64,000 nt of DNA, taken from NCBI RefSeq assembly GCF_001194135.2, contig NC_068985.1, forward strand, positions 26,228,550 through 26,292,549. The letters are read 5' to 3'. The notes beneath the pieces were generated by a model that saw only the letters and a list, made by a program, of their open reading frames with translations, made no database searches and had not been told where the DNA came from. This document shows positions 54,625 through 64,000 of the stretch, one piece after another (position 1 is the first letter of the stretch; each line of letters begins with the position of its first letter). The stretch is from Octopus bimaculoides. Taxonomy: Eukaryota. A program made the position numbers and the translations under genes.

Positions 54625-54840
54625 CTTGAGACTGAGTAATTTCTAAGTAGAACAGAGATGTAGTGGTTGGGGTCCAATGCTGAAACTGAAGACACTTCAT
54701 TAGAAATTACGCGAATATCGGAAGTAGTTGCATATTGGTAACTACTTCCGGTAAAGTTGTTTTTATCTAAATTACTGGTGACATATTCGTCTTTGAGAGG
54801 CAAAATAAAATTGAAACTGGAATTAAGAACTCTTTGTAAG
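54625..54840. promoter_or_regulatory. Probable bidirectional promoter/5'UTR region of Hikeshi and INTS12
   Basis: Directly upstream of the Hikeshi ATG; CpG-retaining; inverted CGGAAGTAGTT / AACTACTTCCG pair (54719-54750); candidate + strand donor GTAAGG at 54836 for a non-coding INTS12 first exon. TSS positions are inferred only. Confidence 0.55.
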
Positions 54841-55811
54841 GATACCTCTAATTTTATTTGATTGATTATATTCTTACTTATCCACTGTTGTATTCTACTA
54901 TCGCTATTATTTATTATAAGGCTGATGTTTCTTTGTCATTTGTCTTGAAAGTGACATGTTAAGACCGCCCGGCTTACATTTGATGAGATTTTTCAGAAAA
55001 GGACGTTGGGGTAGTCGTAATTAAAATGCCTTTGATCAGTATGTTTGTTCAGTCAGGAGTGACCAGGGGCTAAACAATAGCTATAACCTTTGCTTTTATA
55101 AATCTACTGGTAATTTACTCCAAACTTGAAATGTGAGCTAACTCTATATCTTATAATTCTATTCACTTCTGGGATGCTTTAGTTTGTATATATTTAAATT
55201 TGTATAGGAGAGCAATCTGCTTTGTGATTCTATGATAACAATTTCTTAAATGACAGGTCCCAAATTTACGCGAGAAGAGGAATTTGTTCTTTTCAAGTAC
55301 AATTTTAAAACAGAAGTGATAAGCAATCGAGATCTTTCAACACCAGCTCACGGATTCGATCCGTTGATGTGAAGTTTCTCTTAGTTTTAGTTGTTGTTTT
55401 GCCTCAGTTCGACCCTGGTGGAGGAAACCTATGATCGAACATGTTCCTATCTTGTTCATGCTGTCTTTTAAGGGACATGTAATGTGTCTCCCACCCCCTT
55501 TTTTTAAAGATAATACGATGTAATTTGAAGCAGATTTGACATATATTTCAAGCAGGTTGAGCGACACGTAGATACTTCCTTATTGGCTCCATATTATTTT
55601 GTTGTCATCTTGCCCCAGGTCCAGCTTGATCACGTAAGCCTATTATCAAACGTGTACCTACTGCGACCGTCCCGTCTAAATTCCATGGTGTGCTGGACTT
55701 CATTATCCATTGCGTTCTTTCATTTTTAGGAGAGTAGGGTATAATTTGAAGGAGATACGACTGCCATTTTTAGCAGGTCACTTGACTATACTGAAGTTTG
55801 TGCAATATTTA

Positions 55812-55860
55812 ACATTAGCAGAGATACCCGGCATTGCTCGGGATTAAAATGGCATAGTTT
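55812..55860 (+). mobile_element. Possible Helitron/Helentron non-autonomous terminus
   Basis: ACATTAGCAGAGATACCCGGCATTGCTCGGG resembles the ACTAG...CCCGGCGTTGCTCGGG terminal hairpin; other end not found. Confidence 0.35.
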
Positions 55861-56899
55861 GTATATATATATATAATAAAGTTTTTAATTTGTGTAGCAA
55901 TACATGTTATGGTGCAACGTCGAGATCGCCAGTTTGTAACGATAATAATTTGTTGTTATAACGGCATGTTGTAGGATGGAGTTTTAAGAAAGTATTTATT
56001 TACCGTTACATTACAATACCTTGCCTCGCCGGGGAGGTTATGATAGATCCAAAAGCATGCGAAGTAAAGTTTGTGCTTGTGTCCTCTTCATTGTTTAGTA
56101 GTAATTACAAAGAGAGATAGAATGATGTTGTAAGAGAACAGAATTAGAGCTAATGTGAGTTGTAGGGTGTGGGACGTTGTCTCACAGTTGCTGACAGTAA
56201 ACTTCATTTCTCCCTCTGACCAAGGTTCTAGCTGGTCAGCCAGACTTCGTTCTCAGAATTGTCACACCTAAGTGACAACTCGTTGAGTCGTCACAGACTG
56301 GTGACTAACTGGTTTTTTTGCTTGGGGTTTCTTATTTTTATAACTATCCAGAAGGATAGATATATCATTGAGAACAATAGATTTAGTCGGTGGTCTTGTT
56401 ATCTCTATTTTAGCTTTTGGTGGAGTAGAAGAGGTTAGAAAGGGTCAAGTGGTGAAGACATTATTTCGGCCAAGCTAAAGGCATCTGGAAAATGTAAAAC
56501 TACTGTCAGAGAAAAACCATTGTTCCACCATGGAAAAAGTTCTGTTGCAGTGTTAATTTAAATTTGGCTATGGTGGATCGAATCCACTTCATGCATGCAA
56601 GATCCACTACATATATATATATATTTCAGTTATGTTGAAACAGGTGATACAGGAAAGTGCAGCATTGATGACTAAACATTTGTGGAATAAATGATAGGCT
56701 AATTCGACTAAGCGACTTGTCATTTGTCCTTTTGAAGTATTCCAGGCCCTAACCAGTCATGGAAAATTGGGGGTTGGGGGATGTGATTTTTTAATGCACC
56801 GAAAAGCTGTCAGTGGATATACTCTCCTTTATGGCAGTCAGCACTGCATCTAACATGACCCGTCATCTGAAGTTTTGACACCCCTTTTTGGGTTTGTTA

Positions 56900-57360
56900 T
56901 CCTACATCACTCATAAAGTAAATTTGGAGGAACTGTGGTTGTTCATTTGTGAGTAACAGGGACTTTGAATGTCGTTATAAATCCATGTTTAACTATCTTC
57001 TTAGATGCGCCAAACAATGTCATTTGAAATGCAGAGTTCTATTGTCTGATATTGTTCAGAAAATTCTCTGACTGAATGAAAGTGCCTTTCAGAAGATCTA
57101 TAAGAGGTTGAGAAAGAGTTGGTAGTACTGGCAATCCTACCTTACCACCTGAGCAGTACATGCCATTAGTTTCAGTTGGAAATTTTAAAGCTTTACAGAA
57201 ATGACAATTTGAGTTTAGCACACCAATTTGGACAAAATTATCATTTTTATAAGAATGGGATGGATCATATCTGAAAGCAGCTCCAGGAGTTGTGAAGATC
57301 GAATTTGTACGTGGTCTGTTTCTGAGAGCTATTCTATTAGACTGCTGTCTAATCATTAAA
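56900..57360 (-). mobile_element. Helitron Rep/helicase N-terminal fragment
   Basis: ORF 57356-57039 AAFRYDP...CHFCKALKFPTETNGMYCSGGKVGLP...FLNNIR, continued after a break by NSAFQMTLFGA and PQFLQIYF, typical RepHel motifs. Confidence 0.85.
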
Positions 57361-57604
57361 ACTTTTTAATGATTCAGTATTTAGTGCTGCAGCATGCATT
57401 TGCTGATCTTGGGAAAGTCTCAGCTCCCTTCAGTTTGGAGACTCCATTTGACATGCTGCAGCATGCCTTTGCTGGTCTTGAGAAAGTCTCATCTCTCTTC
57501 TGTCTTGATTGGATCAACTGGAACAGTTGTCATGGTAACAGACGGACTAAGTGATGACGATGATGATTTCACCACCATATTTATTTTCATATTATTGAGT
57601 TTGG

Positions 57605-57850
57605 CATAGCATAAAAAGCACCATTCAAGCATGGACAATGCCAATACCACCTGACTGGCCTCCATGCCAATGGCACATAAAAAGCACCCACTACACTCTT
57701 GGAGTGGTTGGTGTTAGGAAGGGCATCCAGCTGTAGAAACCTTGCCAGATCAGATTGGAGCCTGGTGCAGCCTCCTGGCTTGCCAGTCCTAAGTTAAACA
57801 ATCCAACCCATACCAGCATGGAAAGTGGATGTTAAAAGATGATGATGATA
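57605..57850 (+). mobile_element. SINE family A copy
   Basis: Core plus (GAT)n tail. Confidence 0.85.
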
Positions 57851-58310
57851 ATACTTGTTCAAAACTTAAATTGTTGTTTTTATGTGATTGAGGTCAGTAT
57901 TCCAAGAGAACAAAACATTAATTAATATTACAATACTCTGGCTGTTTTGTACTTTGGTTTTATGATCCTGTATTAGGAAGAGATATTGAGGTAACTTTGT
58001 TCTTTATCTAGAGATTGTTCATTGGTTACTCTGAGGCCAGTCTTAGACTTACGTAATTATTGCAGAATGTGTTAAAACACCCTTTTGTAGTCTTTAGCTT
58101 TATCTGGTTTCTTGTTCTCGCTCTTACCAATTTGGGTGATCCTATATCTTGCCAGTATCCTTTGATAATCTGCTGGACATACCTGGCCTCTCCACTTTCA
58201 AAAGACACACATATGTTATTTATAGTTGATATTAAATTATGTTGATCTTTTGTTTGTTGAAAATTCTTCTCACTTCTAATTAATCTTCTAATTTCAGGCT
58301 CCCAAATAAA

Positions 58311-60166
58311 ATGGCTACTCTAGAACTGGATCCATTATTCACAAAAGCTCTTAAGCTACTTTATTCCAAAAGTAAAGATGCAGACTATCAACTCAGACTA
58401 ATGGTTGAAGAAGTTGTTGCCCAACGGAAAGGCCTTCCAGTAAGTTTTATATTTTGATTCAGATCCTTGTTTCTGTAATCTTATTGTTCCTTATAACAAT
58501 TTTGTAAGTTATAGGTGCAGGTGGCAGGACAAAGTTCCCAATACAGCTGTGCTTGAGAGAGCTAATATGTTAAGCATGTATATGCTTTCCTAAATAAGTT
58601 CCAGCTGTGCAGGAGTGGTCATGTAGCACTCCATACTTCCTAGACAGATCTTTGGTGAACTAGCAATTGGTTGGAGAAAATAGTAGCTTAATGATTAATT
58701 CAAGTGGAAGATAGGGGAGGCAATTCTGAAATTTAAGTTAAACGAAAAATTGAATTTCCCACCCATGCTAACATGGAAATCAGACGTTAAACGGTGATGA
58801 TGATGATGATTGAAGAATGGGCCTGAGCTTTGGTATGTACAGTGACAATTCTGGACATGTTTCAGTCTTATTACAGTTCTTCTGTAAAGCATCGTCTTTA
58901 CCAGTACTTACCAAACAATAAGATGACTTCAAAAACATACAGACTTTGCGTGAATAAACATTGGAAGTTGTTTGCTTAATATGAAAATAAATGACTCTAA
59001 AGTAATATCCTGTTAAACACTGGACACTGAAGGCTTTATATTTAAACAGTGTTTCAGTGTTTGATTAAGTGACAATATGCAAGAGTGATTTCTTGTTGCC
59101 TTCTTTTAGTCTATAAAAAATTTAATCTCAACACTTCAACCTAACAAAATACAAATCATTTATACAATGACCCTGTTGGTACAATCTACAGTCATTAATT
59201 ACTTATATTGTTCTTATTTACACTAGGCAATTATCATATCAGTATCTTTGCTAAGAAGATGTAGTGCTTGATGGGTCAGCCTATTAACTGGTAACTGAAT
59301 GCCCCATTGATTCTGTCAGCTTTAACACTCAAAAAAACATCATCATCATCATCGTTTAACGCCCGCTTTCCATGCTAGCATGGGTTGGACGATTTGACTG
59401 AAGACTGGCAAGCCAGAAGGCTGCACCAGGCTCCAATCTGATCTGGCAAGGTTTCTACAGCTGGATGTCCTTCCTAACGCCAACCAGTCCGAAAGTGTAG
59501 TGGGTGCTTTTACGTGTCACCGGCATGAGGGCCAGTTACATGGTACTGGCAATGGCCACGTTCAAAAAAGTGTTTTTTACATGCCACCTGCACAGGAGCC
59601 AGTCCAGCGGCACTGGCAACAACCTCACTCGAATGATTTTCTAACGTGCCACCAGCACAAGTGCTAGAATGCAACGCTGGTAACGATTACGCTCAAATGG
59701 TGCTATTTACGGGCCACTAGCATGGAAGCCAGACAGCTGCTCTGGCAATGAACACACTCGACATTTTTTTTACTGTTGCCATTCCTATTTTTGTTTCATA
59801 TTCAAAGAGGATTGAAAATATTACTTGCATGAAAAAATAGTATCAGTTTAATTACATAATTACCTTTATAGTCATAAAACTTTGTATACTTTACAGCAAA
59901 CATATTCATCACTTGAATATTTATGTACTCAGAATAACAGAATCTTCACAGCAGATGTTTAATTACATTCAAAGTTCAAATCTTAGTTACATTCCAAGTT
60001 TCTCTCAGGATGATTTTGATTTCCATCCTTTCAGAGTTGATAAAACAAATATCACTCAATTGTTACTATGCTTTTGAATGTAGAGCTTGAGTCCAGTAAC
60101 TGAAAAAAGTAAGCAATAAACCAAAGCATGCATAATACATACATACATACATACATACATATAATA

Positions 60167-60200
<34 letters not shown>

Positions 60201-61206
60201 ATCATCATCGTTTAACGTCCGCTTTCCATGCTAGCATAGGTTGGACAATTTGACTGCGGACCTGTGAACCAGATCGCTACACCAGGCTCCAATCTGATTT
60301 GGCAGAGTTTCTACAGCTGGATGCCCTTCCTAATGCCAACCACTCCAAGAGTGTAGTGGGTGCTTTTATGTGCCACCGGCACAAGTGCCAATATAATTCC
60401 AAGAGAGTTAGAGGTTGTGAATACAACCAACTAAGGGATAATATCTATCCAATATACTGCTGGTAGAATACCCAATTATTAATATCCAAGTGTTTTTTGA
60501 TTACATGACAATTACACTACTGACTGTAATAAATGGGTGAGGGTAAAAGGTTGTTTTACCCTTAATTTATACAGCAATAAGAAAATGGAGAGGATCAAGA
60601 GGTGGTATTCATAAATAGATATTATATTATGTCTATTTATTTATTTTTTAAAAAAAATTATAACAATATACATACATGTATAACATATTATGCTTTACAT
60701 ATATAAAAATATCAGCAATTATTAAAATATATAATATACAACATAGAAAGTAGAATGGTTTCTGATTGCAATTAATTTAAATGACATGAAAAATCTGAAA
60801 TATTATCAATTTTATTTAGTATTTTCAGCAGTCAATGTACAAACACAAACAAACTTTGCTTTTTATAAGGATAGAGATATATATCATCATCATTTAACAT
60901 CCGTTTTCTATGCTGGCATAGATTGGATGGTTTGATAGGAGCTGGCAAGCTGGGAGCTGTCCAGATGCCAATTGTCTGCTGTGGCATGGTTTTCTATGGC
61001 TGGATGCCCTTCCTAATGCCAACCACTTTCTAATTCTACATTATATATTTTAATAATTACTGGTATTTTTATATATGTAAAGCATAATATGTTATACATG
61101 TATGTATTTTATTATAATTGTCTTTTTAAAAAATAAATAAATAGACATAATATAATGTCTAAAAGTTGATGAATACCACCTCTTGAACACCTCCATTTTC
61201 TTATTG

Positions 61207-61244
<38 letters not shown>

Positions 61245-62116
61245 CTGTAAAAATCTGTAAAACTTTCCAGAAGTTTATTATTTAAATATATATGAGCATG
61301 TCTAGATATGTAACTATATGCATGAGAAGACATACATAAAACATACAAATCTGCACATACATACATACATACAAACAAAAATACCCTGTTGTTGATGTTG
61401 AAAGTCCAATGAAGGAACCTTGAATGTAGGTTAGAAACTGGTTCTTTCTCCGTTGGCAAGAAATCTTGAAATAAACTGAATAACGACATCCACCCACCCA
61501 CCCACCATCCACATATGTATGGATGGATGGATGCATGCATACATTTAACCAACTAAGCAACCGACCAGATATGAAAATCTATTAAATTCAACCTGTCCTA
61601 ATGAATATGGACATTTGAGAAGAAGAATGAGATAAAAATATTTCTATTTATATATGATAATTTCTAAGTTCCACTAATATAGATTAATTGTTAAGCAACT
61701 ATCCGACCAGTCTTGAACGACTATCACTAGCTATGTGCATGGATTCTCCTTCTCTGGCTAACTTCAAGAAATTAGTTTATGATTCTTTGAGGAACTTCTA
61801 TAGTTTTGAAATAGTAAAATCACATGAAACCTTGAGCAAGTGTCTCCTACCTTAGTTTTAGGTTGACTCAAGTGTTGGGAATGAAATTTGGTAGAAGGAA
61901 ATTATATGAAAGCTAGCTGGATGGATTACGTTTGTGAAGCTTTTGCCCTGTTGAATATACTATCTGGCCCTTGGTTACCTGTAGTGGTATCTACACTGTA
62001 GGATATTCTATATTAGGATATTCTATATGTTGTGCTTCCTCACTTGATTTCTCCCATCAGCTTTAGATAAGTACTGCAATTTCTCCTCTGATTAAGCCAT
62101 ATGTGTTTGTCTATGT

Positions 62117-62155
<39 letters not shown>

Positions 62156-63151
62156 GTTTAACGTCCACTTTCCATGCTAGCATGGGTTGGACGATTTGAC
62201 TGAGGACTGGTGAACCAGATGGCTACACCAGGCTCCAATCTAATTTGGCAGAGTTTCTACAGCTGGATGCCCTTCCAAAAAGTATGGCTGGTCATACACA
62301 AACCTTCATCACTGAGAATAAATAATCTGTATAGATAGTGTAACAGCTGTAATACTGTCTGTTAGATGTTTATTCATGAAAGCTGACAGGAGAATCCACT
62401 GTATATATCTCTGTAAGTATATAACTGTATGTGTGTGTGTATATAGCTATATGAATTTAATTATATACCAGCTGTATTGGTCTTCAAATTTGGGAGATGG
62501 GGGTTCTTCAGGGTTGCTTTGCATATTTTGTTTAATTCTTAGGTTTGTTTTCATATTTTACTCTTCAGGTGAAACATGACTTCATGGAAACTCTTCCAGA
62601 AAGCAAGAAACCTAGACTGGATTTATTTTCGTCACTAGAGAAGGAAGAAAAAACAAATAAAGAGAAAGAGCGAGAGATGGAAAAAGAACGAGAGAGAGAA
62701 AGGAGTAGAAAAGAACGGGAACTGAAAGATAAAGAAGACAAGGAAAGGAGAGAAAAGGCTATGTCAGAAAAAGCTGCTGCAACGGTAGCAACTGCAGAAA
62801 AGGCAGAAAAATCAGCAGTGGTTGTTGAGAAATCATCTTCTTTCAAGGAACCAGAAGCTTTAGGTTCCAGTGATGATAATATGGACACTGCTGATTTTAT
62901 TCTTGATCTTGGTATAGCATGTGTTAACTGCCAGTAAGTATCTTTGAAATTGTCCTTGTTTTTTCTACCATTTAAATATCTTGATTTAGATTAAACTTTT
63001 CTATATTATTGTTTTTATAATCTTTACTTGGCATGTAAACCGTTATTCCCTTCAAACCAATTATGCATTCTCCTTAAATTACAGGCAATTCGAAGTCACT
63101 TCAGGTAACCAGCTAATTGAATGTCAAGAGTGTCATAACTTATATCACCAG
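58311..63151 (+). CDS. INTS12: Integrator complex subunit 12 (PHD finger), 5' part; continues beyond the window
   Basis: Exons 58311-58439 ([23 protein letters not shown]; acceptor AG ends 58297), 62569-62933 (KKPRLD...[13 protein letters not shown]) and 63085-63151 ([17 protein letters not shown]); phases consistent; match recalled human INTS12 N-terminus and PHD finger. Confidence 0.94.
58515..58680 (+). mobile_element. RTE-clade LINE fragment
   Basis: Translates to [19 protein letters not shown] and, after frameshifts, QLCRSGHV and [12 protein letters not shown], matching the RTE C-terminal region. Confidence 0.6.
59338..59760 (-). mobile_element. SINE family A, long form (young)
   Basis: Near-consensus with extended repeated region. 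Confidence 0.88.
60200..60388 (-). mobile_element. SINE family A copy
   Basis: Near-consensus, preceded by TACA/TA microsatellites. Confidence 0.88.
62118..62277 (-). mobile_element. SINE family A copy, 5'-truncated
   Basis: (CAT)n tail plus core. Confidence 0.88.
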
Positions 63152-64000
63152 GTAAGAGCAATTTAATGAGCTAGCCATTACCTTAAATTCTACTTTGCTC
63201 TAACAACTGTAATATTTCACATTTGTTATATGTCTCAATATCATACAAAATATTTGCAGATGGCTGAATTGGCTTTTTGACCAGTAAGGTGGTAAGATAT
63301 TTTGTTATGTCTCATCACTAACTTAGCATATATTACTGTTAAAGAATTGATTTTTCTATCAGCCTTTATCATATAATGCTGTATTTCTTATGTGTTGATT
63401 AGTAGTTTCCTATATGACATTTTCATTTATTCATTAATTTTTTTTACTGCAACACAAGGCTGCATTTTTTGAAGAGAAAGAAAATCATCAATTTGACTGA
63501 CTCCACTATATTATCAACATATACTTTATTTCATTGTATTAAAAGTTTGTAAGGACTTTAAATAGTTATAATTCACTATATTTTCTTGCTCATAAGATGC
63601 TACAGGTGATAAGTTACACCATATAATTTGCAAAGTATATTTTGTCAAAAAAAATAAATAAATAAAAGAGACAAATTTTTTACAATTTATAATCATATAC
63701 CAAAGATTTATTTTGTTGAAGTATTTTAAAATTTAGAACAAAATAGTTGTGCATTAACTACTGAACATGATTGCTACAAATTGTCCACAGTGCTTTTCAA
63801 CATTCCAACATTCCATTCAAGAATGCCATACATAGCTGTGTTTAGTTTATTGTTTATTAAATATGTCCAACATATCAATCACTACTGTCATCTACATCAT
63901 CGCTGTTATTAGATGTTTCTGCATCATTGTTATCTTCATAGAGAAGGTCATCTTTGATATCAATCATTGCATTACTGATTCCACATTTTTTTAATGCCAT

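Noticed and set aside
10270-62277. Recurring near-identical repeats as a CRISPR-like or tandem array
   Set aside because: Dispersed, both orientations, irregular spacing in a eukaryotic genome; they are SINEs.
62565-62888. 107-aa Ser/Phe/Leu-rich minus-strand ORF
   Set aside because: Antisense shadow of the low-complexity INTS12 exon.

Overview
AT-rich, CpG-depleted, intron-rich eukaryotic DNA; the SINE families, microsatellites and gene structures point to an octopus (coleoid cephalopod) genome. Four multi-exon housekeeping genes were assembled by hand from GT-AG splice sites with consistent phases: the 3' part of CWH43/PGAP2IP (+, 10 exons, 1282-19826), a complete C9orf78/TLS1 homolog (+, 9 exons, 295 aa), a complete Hikeshi (-, 4 exons, 192 aa) and the 5' part of INTS12 (+), head-to-head with Hikeshi. 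Introns and spacers carry several SINE families, decayed Penelope, CR1/L2 and RTE retroelements, a full-length dead mariner, a Helitron fragment and several MITE/foldback elements. The most unusual item is a young 233-bp CpG-rich MITE with 80-bp TIRs, a perfect 9-bp TSD and telomere-type TTAGGG repeats in Hikeshi intron 1; one of its arms recurs inside a different foldback element in C9orf78 intron 1. Also notable: a candidate alternative/poison exon and a duplicated splice acceptor in Hikeshi, and an inverted ETS-like motif pair at the Hikeshi/INTS12 promoter. Protein and repeat-family names come from recalled similarity, not database searches, and repeat boundaries without TSDs are approximate.
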